Assembly: GCA_963666705.2 (NCBI GenBank)
Contig: CAXXKO010000016.1
Location: 95,300 to 159,299 of the forward strand
Reading direction: 5' to 3'
Origin: Alphaproteobacteria bacterium
GTDB lineage: Bacteria > Pseudomonadota > Alphaproteobacteria > CADEGL01
DNA: 64,000 nucleotides
The first letter of the stretch is position 1, and each line of letters begins with the position of its first letter. A program made the position numbers and the translations under genes. Shown here one piece after another: positions 38,188 to 47,207 of this stretch. Under the pieces are notes generated by a model. That model did not search any database and was not told where the DNA came from. It saw only the letters and a list, made by a program, of their open reading frames with translations.

Positions 38188-39699
38188 ATGACCGCGACAC
38201 CGATCGTCCTGCCGGAGCCCATGGAATCGGCCGTGCGCTTCGTCGAGGACACGGCGCCCGAGCGCATCGTCGACGAGACCATCGCCCGCCTGCGGGGCGG
38301 GGCCAGCGCGCGCGATCTGCTGGCCGCCTCGGCCCTCGCCGTCAGCCGCTCGACCGACCTGCCGGCGACCCACCATGGCGGCCCGATCCACCCGGTGGCG
38401 GCCGTGCACGCGCTCGACGGCTTGGGGCGCCGCATGCGGGGCGACTGGGCGCTCATGCCGGCGGTACAGCAGGTGGCGCTCTGCAACGCCTTCATCCACT
38501 CGCCCGAGATGGGGCCGGCCATCATGGCCGAGATCCCCGTGGGCGCGAACGGCGCCGATCGCGCGGCCGCCTTCCGCGCGGCCCTCGGCGGCGCCCAGCC
38601 CGCCGCCGCCGAGCATCACCTCGTGGCGCTGCTCGAGAGCCGGGGGCCGGGGGAGATCCTCGACCTGATGCTCGAGCACGCGACCCGGCGCCACGCCATC
38701 GACGACCATTTCTTCATCTATGCCACCGCCGCCTGCCGCGCCCTCGACGCCATCGGCTGGGAATGGGCGGCCGTCCTCCTGCGCCCGGTCGTGCGCTACC
38801 TGGCGGCGCATCCGCAATCGACGATCGACGGCGACGAGGGCTCGCCCGGCTTCGTCGAGGCCCTCGGGCGCTACTGGGGCTTCGGCCGGCTCGAGCGCCT
38901 GATCGAGGATCACGGCCTCCTCGAGGGCAACCCACGGGCCCGGACCGGCGCGGACGAGGACGCGGCGGTGGCGGCACTCGGCCGCGCCCTCGGCGACTGC
39001 GACGATTTCGACCGCATCGCCGATATCCTCGCCACCGCGCTGTGTGGCGGCCTCTCCCTCGAAGGCGCGGGCGAGGCGCTGGCCATCGGCACCTCGCGCC
39101 TGATGATGCGCAGCAACTACGGCAACCCGCTCGACACCCACATGCATAACGGCACGGCCCTGCGCCGCTACGTCATCGGGCTCGACGGCGTCGGTTTGCG
39201 CCACAAGCTGCTGGCGCTCCTGAGCTGGGGCGAGGGGCCGGAGAACCGCGGCACCCAGTCGAAGCTGGTGTGGCCCGCCGAGGCCGAGCCCGAGCGCCTC
39301 GCCGCCCTGCCGGCGCGGGACCAGACGGCGCTCCTCGAGGCCATCTCCGACAGCATCCTGGCGAGCGAGGAGATCGACGTGCACAGCGTCCCGGCCGCGG
39401 GCCGCGGCGCCCTGGTGGTGGGGCCGGAGGTCCGCGAGACCATGGCCCTGGCCCAGCAATATGCCGAGGCCGGATACGACGGCGCGGCCCTGTTCGCGCG
39501 CCTGGGCGAGATCGTGATGCGCGACGGCTATAGCGAGATGCACGCCGCGACCCACCTCCACGACGTGGCCGATGCCTGGGACACGACGCGGCCGGCCGAG
39601 CGCTGGGTGCACCTGGCGGCGGCGGCGAAGAACGCGGCCCTGAGCTACGGCATCGACGAGGACGTGTACCGCCGCGCGCGGGAGCGCCTCGCGATCTAG
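38188..39699 (+). CDS. Hypothetical His-rich helical protein
   Basis: Long ORF with typical codon usage; motifs HHGGPIHP, DDHFFIY, DTHMHNG, SEMHAATH; directly upstream of the Rieske oxygenase. Confidence 0.7.
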   Translation: MTATPIVLPEPMESAVRFVEDTAPERIVDETIARLRGGASARDLLAASALAVSRSTDLPATHHGGPIHPVAAVHALDGLGRRMRGDWALMPAVQQVALCNAFIHSPEMGPAIMAEIPVGANGADRAAAFRAALGGAQPAAAEHHLVALLESRGPGEILDLMLEHATRRHAIDDHFFIYATAACRALDAIGWEWAAVLLRPVVRYLAAHPQSTIDGDEGSPGFVEALGRYWGFGRLERLIEDHGLLEGNPRARTGADEDAAVAALGRALGDCDDFDRIADILATALCGGLSLEGAGEALAIGTSRLMMRSNYGNPLDTHMHNGTALRRYVIGLDGVGLRHKLLALLSWGEGPENRGTQSKLVWPAEAEPERLAALPARDQTALLEAISDSILASEEIDVHSVPAAGRGALVVGPEVRETMALAQQYAEAGYDGAALFARLGEIVMRDGYSEMHAATHLHDVADAWDTTRPAERWVHLAAAAKNAALSYGIDEDVYRRARERLAI

Positions 39700-39745
39700 C
39701 GTATTGTCCGAATCACCGGCACCGGGCCGGCCGCGAGGTGATGCC

Positions 39746-40912
39746 ATGACCGACCTCGACCAGCTCCTGAGCGCCATCACGGGAATCGCGGCGGCGCCGT
39801 TCGAGCAGGCCGTGATCCCGCCGCCCGCGCACTACACCTCCCCGGCGCTGACCCGGCTCGAGGAAGAGCGCATCTTCCGCGCCGAGTGGCAGTGCATCGG
39901 GCGCACGGCGGACATCCCCGCCGTGGGCGACTACATCACCTACACCCATTGCGGCCAGCCCGTCTTCTGCATCCGCGGCAAGGGCGGCGCCGTCCGCACC
40001 TTCGCCAACGTCTGCCGCCACCGCATGATGGAGCTGCTGGCGGGCAGCGGCACGGCGCGGCGCATCGTCTGCCCCTACCATGGCTGGGTCTACGACCTCT
40101 CGGGCCAGCTTTCGGGCGCCCCCCACGAGTCCTACTTCACCGATTTCGACAAGGCGGCCATCTGCCTGCCCGAGATCCGCACCGAGGTCTGGCAGGGCTT
40201 CGTCTTCATCACCCTCAACCCCGAGGCCGACAGCATTGCGGCGCGGGCGCGGCCCCTCGACGACCTGATCGACCGTTTCGGGATGGCGGACTACGTGCCC
40301 ATCGTCACCGAGGACAATGTCTGGGACACGAACTGGAAGCTCCTCACCGAAAACTACATGGAGAGCTACCACCTGCCCTTCATCCACAAGGGCACCGTGG
40401 GCGGCTTCTTCCCGGTCGAGGACTGCACCTTCCCGGAGGAGGCGCCGGCCCACTTCACCTATTCGACCTTCACCAAGAGCGAGGGCGCCGCCTACGGCCG
40501 CGCCCATCCCGACAACACCCGGCTCGAGGGCGAGTGGCGCCATACCAACATCCTGCCGACCATCTTCCCGAGCCACATGTTCACCCTCGCCCCCGATTAC
40601 ATGTGGTACCTCTCCCTCGCCCCCCAGGGCCCGGGCCAGGTGCGCATCCGCTACGGCGCGTCCCTGGCGCCCGAGGTGGTCGCAGCCATGGCGGACCGGG
40701 AGGCGGAGACGGCGGCGGCGGCGGCCTTCCTCGACGCGGTCAACAACGAGGACCGCCACGTGGTCGAGGGCGCCTACCGCGGCGCATGCGCCCCCCTTAC
40801 CGCCCCCGGCCCCATCCACCCGCTGGAGCGCGCCATCCACCACTTCATCATCTACCTGGCCGCCCGCTTGACCGGCGACGGCGGCAAGCGCGCGCTGGCG
40901 GCGGCGGAGTGA
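39746..40912 (+). CDS. Rieske non-heme iron oxygenase alpha subunit (choline/betaine monooxygenase-like)
   Basis: NVCRHR...CPYHGW Rieske motif; NWKL..ENYMESYHLPFIH and a distal ED for mononuclear iron. Confidence 0.9.
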   Translation: MTDLDQLLSAITGIAAAPFEQAVIPPPAHYTSPALTRLEEERIFRAEWQCIGRTADIPAVGDYITYTHCGQPVFCIRGKGGAVRTFANVCRHRMMELLAGSGTARRIVCPYHGWVYDLSGQLSGAPHESYFTDFDKAAICLPEIRTEVWQGFVFITLNPEADSIAARARPLDDLIDRFGMADYVPIVTEDNVWDTNWKLLTENYMESYHLPFIHKGTVGGFFPVEDCTFPEEAPAHFTYSTFTKSEGAAYGRAHPDNTRLEGEWRHTNILPTIFPSHMFTLAPDYMWYLSLAPQGPGQVRIRYGASLAPEVVAAMADREAETAAAAAFLDAVNNEDRHVVEGAYRGACAPLTAPGPIHPLERAIHHFIIYLAARLTGDGGKRALAAAE

Positions 40913-41172
40913 TACCAGCGGCCGATGAGCTTGACTCATCGACCGCTGGCAAGCGCCGCGTGGGCGCCCGAGCATATGCGAGGCCAGCCTTGGCGGCGCT
41001 TGAGCGAAAGAAGTGCCTTAGCGGCGCTTGAGCGAAAGAAGTGCCTTAGCGGCGCTTGAGCGAAAGAAGTGCCTTAGCGGCGCTTGAGCGATATGAGAAG
41101 CCAAGGGCGCGGATGCGCCCGCCCGGCGCTTGAGGGAACATACAACGGGTCGTTCTTATGGGCCGTTGGTAT
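40912..41172 (+). repeat. MITE family 1, copy B, intact, with internal 28-bp tandem units
   Basis: ATACCAGCGGCC...GGCCGTTGGTAT ends; about 3.7 copies of GCCTTAGCGGCGCTTGAGCGAAAGAAGT starting at 40987, 41015, 41043, 41071. Confidence 0.85.
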
Positions 41173-41215
41173 GAGTGCGGGAGAGGCGCGCGGCCCGTTT
41201 CGCTGACCGCCGGCG

Positions 41216-41743
41216 TTATTCCCCGCCCGAGAGTGCGGCAATTGCCTCCAGCATCTTCTCGTCCGGCCGCGCGCCCGTGCCGCTTTGGCCGGGGGAGATC
41301 GAACCGGGCGCGTACCCCACGACGCTATTCGTGTAAACCACCCGTGCCGTGCCCATGTCGTAGACGACCATCTTGCACACGTGGTCGCGGGCCTTGGCGC
41401 CGTTGATGTAGCTGCCGACCTCGGGCGTTCGGCAGTCGAGGAAGATCACCGTCTCGACCTCCTCGGGCGTCGTCGCCTGGACCTGATCGGGGAGCTTGAA
41501 GGTGAGCCAATCGAACGCCTGGTCCTTCGTCTCGAGGATCACGGTCTTTCCCACGAGATAGGGCTCGTCCTCATAGCCGTCATCGGCCGCGCCCCCGCGC
41601 CAGATCGCCATATAGGCCGGCATATGGCCTGCGAAGGCTTGGATCGTGTCCTCTCGCCGGCCCTGCTTCAACCCGTTCAAGATCATACCGGTCAGGCCCG
41701 CGAGGAGTCCGAGGGCCAGGAGCGCGAACAGCACTTTCTTCAT
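41216..41743 (-). CDS. Hypothetical membrane-anchored/exported protein
   Basis: MKKVLFALLALGLLAGL N-terminal hydrophobic segment; GGAGG RBS upstream. Confidence 0.7.
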   Translation of the reverse strand: MKKVLFALLALGLLAGLTGMILNGLKQGRREDTIQAFAGHMPAYMAIWRGGAADDGYEDEPYLVGKTVILETKDQAFDWLTFKLPDQVQATTPEEVETVIFLDCRTPEVGSYINGAKARDHVCKMVVYDMGTARVVYTNSVVGYAPGSISPGQSGTGARPDEKMLEAIAALSGGE

Positions 41744-42228
41744 CCCGTCGCCTCCGTCTCGTCCCCCGCCTCGGCCCGATCATATCACACCGGGTTGGCG
41801 GCCGGCATTGCGCGTGTCGGGCGAGGCCTTTCACATGCGGTCGAGAGCATTGTCGCAAGCGCGGTTTGCCGGGGGACGGGGCGGGCGAAGCGCAACCATA
41901 TGTCGGCCATGTTGTCCGTGTCCGCCATCACCGCGACCGGCGGCGCCGCCCCGTCCGTCGTCACGATACCCTCGCCTGCTCGCGCCCGATCCCGGCACCC
42001 CTTGAAATCTCGACTCACGAGGACGATATTCATAAATATTGCCGTTGGCGGCCCGTCAGCACCCGCGGTTAGCTGGGCTGCCCACCCCTGCCGCGAGCCG
42101 AACGGTCAAGGTTTGTCAAGGTTCGGGCCGCGATGCGCCAACCCACTGCAATTAAACGATTTCTTCCGCCAACACCTTGACAGGCCTTGACAGTTTTTAC
42201 CCCATTCGGCCCGGATCCTGCTCATTTC

Positions 42229-42254
42229 GGCTTGCAGCCGGCCGGCTGCAAGCC
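42229..42254. terminator. Perfect 26-nt palindrome immediately after the GST gene
   Basis: GGCTTGCAGCCGGCCGGCTGCAAGCC; no clear U-tract. Confidence 0.4.
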
Positions 42255-42257
42255 CGC

Positions 42258-42854
42258 TCACGTGGGCGGCCGGGTGGCGGCCATGGAGGGGTGCTCGGCG
42301 AAGCCGGCGTACCAGGCGGCGAGCTTGGGCCGGCTCGCGCGCCAGCCCTCGTCCGGCGCGCGCAGATCGACGTATCCGACGGCGCAGCCCAAGGCGATGG
42401 TGTCGATGGCGAGGGGGCCGTCGAGCAGGCGCGCGTCGGCCTCGAAGAGGTCGAGGGCGTCTGAAATTTTGAGGGTCTGCTTCTCGACCCAGGCGGGGGA
42501 GCGCTCGCCTTCGTCGCGCCAGGCCTCCTGCACCCGCAGGACGGCCGCCTCCATGATGCCGTCGGCGATGACGAGGCGGCCCAATGCCCGCCAGCGCGCC
42601 GCGCCCGCGGCCGGGAAGAGGCGTGCGCCTTGGTGCAGGCTGTCGAGATACTCGCAGATGAGGGAGGAGCCGGCGAGCGCCGTGCCGTCGTCGAGCACCA
42701 GGGCGGGCACCTTGCCGAGCGGGTTGACGGCGGCGAGGGCGGCATCGCCCGGCTTGAGGGTCACGCGCTCGATGCGCCCCTCGAGCCCGGTCTCGATGGC
42801 CGTCACGGCCAACTTGCGCACGAACGGCGAGGTGGGCGAGTAGATGAGCTTCAT
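42258..42854 (-). CDS. Glutathione S-transferase family protein
   Basis: SPTSPFVRK, NPLGKVPAL, SSLICEYLD, ADGIMEAA. Confidence 0.88.
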   Translation of the reverse strand: MKLIYSPTSPFVRKLAVTAIETGLEGRIERVTLKPGDAALAAVNPLGKVPALVLDDGTALAGSSLICEYLDSLHQGARLFPAAGAARWRALGRLVIADGIMEAAVLRVQEAWRDEGERSPAWVEKQTLKISDALDLFEADARLLDGPLAIDTIALGCAVGYVDLRAPDEGWRASRPKLAAWYAGFAEHPSMAATRPPT

Positions 42855-42949
42855 GGCCGGCTTCCTCCCTGGCGTTGCTCTGCATTCGCGCGCGACGTTA
42901 TCACCATCCCCCCCGCGCCAGACATCATTCCCGTGATACCCTCGCGCGC

Positions 42950-43756
42950 ATGTGGGCCGATGTCGTCGATCTGCGGGACTTCTACGCCACCAGCCTGGGG
43001 CGCCTCGCGCGCCACATGATCCGGCGGCGCATCCGCCTCATGTGGCCGGACACGGGTGAGGGCAGCCTGCTCGGGCTCGGCTACGCCACCCCCTACCTGG
43101 CCTCCTTCCGGGCGCCGGGCGTGCGGGTCATCGCCGTCATGCCGGCCGCGCGGGGGGTCTTGCGCTGGCCCGCCGAGGGGCCGGGCCTGGTGAGCCTGGC
43201 CGACGAGGCCGAGCTGCCGCTACCCGACCTCTCCATGGACCGCATCCTCCTGGTCCATGCGCTCGAATACAGCGAGCAGCTCCGGCCCATGCTGCGCGAG
43301 GTGTGGCGCGTTCTCACCGACGGCGGCCGGCTCCTGGTCGTGGCGCCCAACCGGCGCGGCCTGTGGGCGCGGCTCGAGCGCTCGCCCTTCGGCCACGGCC
43401 ACCCCTATACCGCGTCCCAGCTCCAGCGCCTCCTGCGCGACAACATGTTCACGCCGGTGCGCACCGGCGGCGCCCTCTACCTGCCGCCGGTGCGCTCGCG
43501 CATGTTGCTGGCGACGGCGGCGGCGTGGGAGCGGATCGGCGACCGCTGGCTCGGCCGGGTCGCGGGCGTGGTGCTGGTGGAGGCGGGCAAGCAGCTCTAT
43601 GCCCCGAGCGTCGAGCGCGCGCGCCCGCGCCGCCTGGCGCTGCCTTTGACGGAGCGGATCCCGGCGCAAACCCGGGCCGGGGCCGGGCGGGCGGAGACCC
43701 GGCTCGCTATCAGGCCGCCGAATCGGTCCGCTCGAGGTCGCGCCCGATGCGGCTGA
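42950..43756 (+). CDS. Class I SAM-dependent methyltransferase (YafS-like)
   Basis: DVVDLRDFY...LG, LGLGYATPYL, LVHALE, PNRRGLWAR, PFGHGHPY. Confidence 0.85.
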   Translation: MWADVVDLRDFYATSLGRLARHMIRRRIRLMWPDTGEGSLLGLGYATPYLASFRAPGVRVIAVMPAARGVLRWPAEGPGLVSLADEAELPLPDLSMDRILLVHALEYSEQLRPMLREVWRVLTDGGRLLVVAPNRRGLWARLERSPFGHGHPYTASQLQRLLRDNMFTPVRTGGALYLPPVRSRMLLATAAAWERIGDRWLGRVAGVVLVEAGKQLYAPSVERARPRRLALPLTERIPAQTRAGAGRAETRLAIRPPNRSARGRARCG

Positions 43757-44654
43757 TGTCGAACGGCGTCTCCTGATACATCTCGTTGATCCAATTGCCG
43801 AACAGGAGATGGCCGTGACAGCGCCAGGTGTTGGGTGGCGCCCTTCCCGGGTCGTCGCCCGGGAAATAGCTCTCCGGCATGTGGGGATCGCGCCCGGCCT
43901 CGAGGTCGCGGGCATATTCGTCGGCGAGGGTGGCGGTATCGTACTCGAAGTGGTTGAAGACGTGCACCTGGCCCAGGGCCGTATCCTCGACCAGGCACAA
44001 GCCGGCCTCGTCCGATTCGGCAATCACCCGCAGGCTCGGCACCGCCGCGATGTCTTCGCGCCGGGTTTCCGTGTAGCGCGACACGGGCACGTTGAACTCG
44101 GTGTTGAAGCCCCGCATCAGCGGCGTGTTGGGCGCCACCACCCGGTGGCGGAAGATGCCGGACAGCTTGCGTCCCAGGTCGTGCTTGGGCACGCCGTAGT
44201 GATGGTAGAGCGCCGCCTGGCCGCCCCAGCAGATGTTGTAGGAGCGCAGCACGTTGGTCCGCGCCCAGTCGAAAAGCTCGGTGAGCTCGTCCCAGTAGCG
44301 CACCGCCTCGAAGGGGATCTCCTCGATCGGTGCCCCGGTCACGATCAGGCCGTCGAACTTCCGGTCCGCGACCTCGCGCCAGGGCTGGTAGAAGGCCAGC
44401 ATATGCTCCTGCGACGTGTTGCGCGGCGTGTAGGACTCGGTCGTCAGCAGGGTCAATTCGACCTGGAGCGGCGTGCTCGCGATGACCCGGGCGAGCTGGG
44501 TCTCGGTCTTGATCTTCTCCGGCATCAGGTTGAGCAGCGCGATCTGCATCGGCCGGACGTCCTGCCGCATCGCATCATGCTCCCCGATGAGGAGCACGCT
44601 CTCGTCCTCCAGGGTCTTGCGGGCGGGCAGATCGTCCGGAATTCTGATGGGCAT
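43710..44654 (-). CDS. metA: Homoserine O-acyltransferase MetA (TGAPIE suggests acetyl-CoA preference)
   Basis: MPIRIPDDLPA, LLNLMP..KTETQ, ICWGGQAALY, NHFEYD; Glu at the position equivalent to the E111 specificity residue. Confidence 0.92.
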   Translation of the reverse strand: MPIRIPDDLPARKTLEDESVLLIGEHDAMRQDVRPMQIALLNLMPEKIKTETQLARVIASTPLQVELTLLTTESYTPRNTSQEHMLAFYQPWREVADRKFDGLIVTGAPIEEIPFEAVRYWDELTELFDWARTNVLRSYNICWGGQAALYHHYGVPKHDLGRKLSGIFRHRVVAPNTPLMRGFNTEFNVPVSRYTETRREDIAAVPSLRVIAESDEAGLCLVEDTALGQVHVFNHFEYDTATLADEYARDLEAGRDPHMPESYFPGDDPGRAPPNTWRCHGHLLFGNWINEMYQETPFDISRIGRDLERTDSAA

Positions 44655-44817
44655 GACGGGTCGGCCGAATCTTGCTTGGCGTTGATCCATTCGCGCCGCC
44701 GGGCGTCACGTCGCGGCGCTTCTTTGAGGTGGCCTCGCGAGCCAGAATGTCAACGGCGCATTCGCGTGGCCGGGCCGGCGGCGACCCACCGGGCGACCCG
44801 GCGACCTCGGCGCTTAG

Positions 44818-45087
44818 CTAGTACCCACTATCATAACTCCGTGTGCCATACGATCGCTTTTCCCGTCTCCTCGGTAGGAGGGGGCGTGCCGGTGATGCCG
44901 GGGCATCGTCAAGCGTCCTCGACGCCCCGAGGGGGCGGGAAAAGCGACCCGTAGGGCGGCGCCCCGAGGCCCCCGGACGTCGTCGCGTATCGCTTGTGAT
45001 GCCCCGGCATCACGGCGCGCCACGCTCCTAGCCGGGAACCTCGGGGCGCCGTCGTATGGCACACGGAATTATGATAGTGGGTACTAG
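44818..45087. mobile_element. MITE family 2, copy A (CTAG ends, 36-bp terminal inverted repeats)
   Basis: CTAGTACCCACTATCATAACTCCGTGTGCCATACGA ... TCGTATGGCACACGGAATTATGATAGTGGGTACTAG; no transposase; inverted copy at 58007-58286. Confidence 0.85.
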
Positions 45088-45156
45088 GTTCCAAGCCCGT
45101 TCCGTGTCAACGTTTTCTTTGAATTCCAAGGGCGTTGCGACTACTAGTAACCGGCT

Positions 45157-46119
45157 TTGACCAACGACCCAAACCATAGCCCGGCCCCCGGCCCCTCGCT
45201 CGACGATCTGCGCCGCGAGATCGACGCGATCGACGATTCCCTGCACGACCTGATCATGCGCCGGACGGCCGTGGTCGAGCGCGTCCGGGGTATCAAGGGC
45301 GACGGCGTGCGCCTGCGCCCGGGGCGCGAGGCCACGATCCTGCGTCGCCTGATCGCGCGCCACGAGGGCGGCTTCCCGCGCGCCGTGCTGCTGCGTATTT
45401 GGCGCGAGATCCTGGGTGCGACGGTGCGTCTGCAAGGCCCCTTCTCGCTCGCCGTCCACGGCGGGGCCGATGACGACAGGCGGGACTGTCGCCGCCTCGC
45501 GCGCGACGAGTACGGCGCCCTCACGCCCAGCACCGTCTATTCGACTGTCGGGCAGGTCTTCCGCGCCGTCTACGATGGCACGACCTCGGTCGGTGTCCTG
45601 CCGCTGCCGCGCGAGGACGACGCCGAGCCCTGGTGGCCCTTCCTCGCCGGCACCGACGCGCGCACGCCGCGCATCGTGGCCCGCCTGCCGTTCGGTGGCC
45701 CGGCCGGCCCCGGCGGCGGGGCGGCCGAGGCCCTCGCCATCGCCCGGCTCGACCACGCGCCGAGCGGTGACGACCGGTCATACGTCATCATGGAGACGGC
45801 CGAGGCGGTGAGCCGAGGCGGCCTCAAGGACGAGCTGGCGGGAGTCGGCCTCGAGAGCCTGTTCCTCACGTCCTGGCGCGACGGGCCCGAGGATGGCGCC
45901 TGGCTCCACCTCGTGGAGGTCGCCGGCTTCGTGGCACCCGACGACCCACGGCTCGACCCGTTGCACGGGGCCGAGGGGGGCGCGCGGCGGCGCGCCTTCG
46001 CCGTGGGAGGCTACGCCGTTCCCATCGATGCCGCGGACCTGCGGGAGATGCCGGCCGGCGCGGCGCCGCGCCCGCCCCAGCCGGTCCCCGCCGCGCCCGC
46101 AACGGATAGACGCTCATGA
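45157..46119 (+). CDS. Chorismate mutase (alphaproteobacterial extended type)
   Basis: LDDLRREIDAIDDSLHDLIMRR, RPGREA, IWRE; first gene of the CM-hisC-tyrC cluster. Confidence 0.88.
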   Translation: MTNDPNHSPAPGPSLDDLRREIDAIDDSLHDLIMRRTAVVERVRGIKGDGVRLRPGREATILRRLIARHEGGFPRAVLLRIWREILGATVRLQGPFSLAVHGGADDDRRDCRRLARDEYGALTPSTVYSTVGQVFRAVYDGTTSVGVLPLPREDDAEPWWPFLAGTDARTPRIVARLPFGGPAGPGGGAAEALAIARLDHAPSGDDRSYVIMETAEAVSRGGLKDELAGVGLESLFLTSWRDGPEDGAWLHLVEVAGFVAPDDPRLDPLHGAEGGARRRAFAVGGYAVPIDAADLREMPAGAAPRPPQPVPAAPATDRRS

Positions 46120-47204
46120 CGGCACCGCGGCCCCGGCCGGGCATCCTCGGCATCGCCTCCTACCTCCCCGGCCGCTCTTCCCTCGCCGGCCATGACGCGG
46201 TCATGCGCCTTTCCTCGAACGAGGGGGCGCTGGGCCCGAGTCCGCGCGCTGTCGCCGCCTACGGCGCGGCGGCGGGCGAGATCGGGCGCTATCCCGACGG
46301 CGGCGCGACCGTCCTGCGCGCGGCCATAGCGGCGCGCTACGGGCTCGACGCCGAGCGCATCGTCTGCGGCTGCGGCTCGGACGACCTGATCCACCTCATG
46401 GCCCAGGCCTATGCCGGGGAGGGCGACGAGGTGCTCCACAGCGCGCACGGCTTCCTCGTCCATATCATCGCCGCCAGGGGGGCGGGCGCCGAGCCGGTCT
46501 CGGCGCCCGAAGTGGACCTGACGGCGTCGGTCGATGCGCTCCTCGAACGGCTCACGCCCAGGACGCGCATGTTGTTCCTGGCCAACCCCAACAACCCCAC
46601 GGGCACCTACCTCGCGCGCGCCGAGCTCGCACGCCTGCATGCCGGCCTGCCCGAGGAGGTGATGCTGGTCATCGACGCGGCCTATGCGGAGTACGCGACG
46701 GCGGCGGACTACGAGCCGGGGACGGCCCTCGTCGAGGCCTTCGACAACGCGGTCATGATCCGCACCTTCTCGAAGATCCACGCCCTCGCCGGGCTGCGCC
46801 TCGGCTGGGTCTATTGCCCCGCCGCCGTGGCCGACGTGCTGAACCGCGTCCGCGCGCCCTTCAACGTCTCCCTGCCGGCCCAGGCGGCGGCGGTGGCGGC
46901 GCTCGAGGACACGGGTTTCATCGCCCGCTCCGTCGCCCATAACGACCGCTGGCGGGACTGGCTCACGGTCGAGCTCCGCGCCCTCGGCCTCGAGGTGCCG
47001 CCGAGCGTGGCCAACTTCGTGCTGGTGCGCTTCCCCGGCACGGGCGGGCGCGACGCCGCCGCAGCCAACGCCCACCTCAACGCCCGCGGCATCATCCCGC
47101 GCGAGATCGGCGCCTACGGCCTGCCGGACTCCTTGCGCATCTCCATCGGCACCGAGGCGGAGATGCGCGCGGTGCGCGATGCCCTCGCGGATTTCATGGC
47201 CTGA
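46116..47204 (+). CDS. hisC: Histidinol-phosphate aminotransferase
   Basis: LSSNE, YPDG, ANPNNPTG, DAAYAEY, RTFSKIHALAGLRLGW. Confidence 0.92.
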   Translation: MTAPRPRPGILGIASYLPGRSSLAGHDAVMRLSSNEGALGPSPRAVAAYGAAAGEIGRYPDGGATVLRAAIAARYGLDAERIVCGCGSDDLIHLMAQAYAGEGDEVLHSAHGFLVHIIAARGAGAEPVSAPEVDLTASVDALLERLTPRTRMLFLANPNNPTGTYLARAELARLHAGLPEEVMLVIDAAYAEYATAADYEPGTALVEAFDNAVMIRTFSKIHALAGLRLGWVYCPAAVADVLNRVRAPFNVSLPAQAAAVAALEDTGFIARSVAHNDRWRDWLTVELRALGLEVPPSVANFVLVRFPGTGGRDAAAANAHLNARGIIPREIGAYGLPDSLRISIGTEAEMRAVRDALADFMA

Positions 47205-47207
47205 CCG

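Noticed and set aside
40987-41099. 28-bp tandem repeats as a CRISPR array
   Set aside because: Linkers are only about 9-11 nt and identical in three units; no cas genes in the window; the block is internal to a MITE
44655-44817. SAM riboswitch upstream of metA
   Set aside because: No SAM-II or SAM-SAH consensus recognisable by eye; only a TTGACA-like -35. An Rfam scan would be needed
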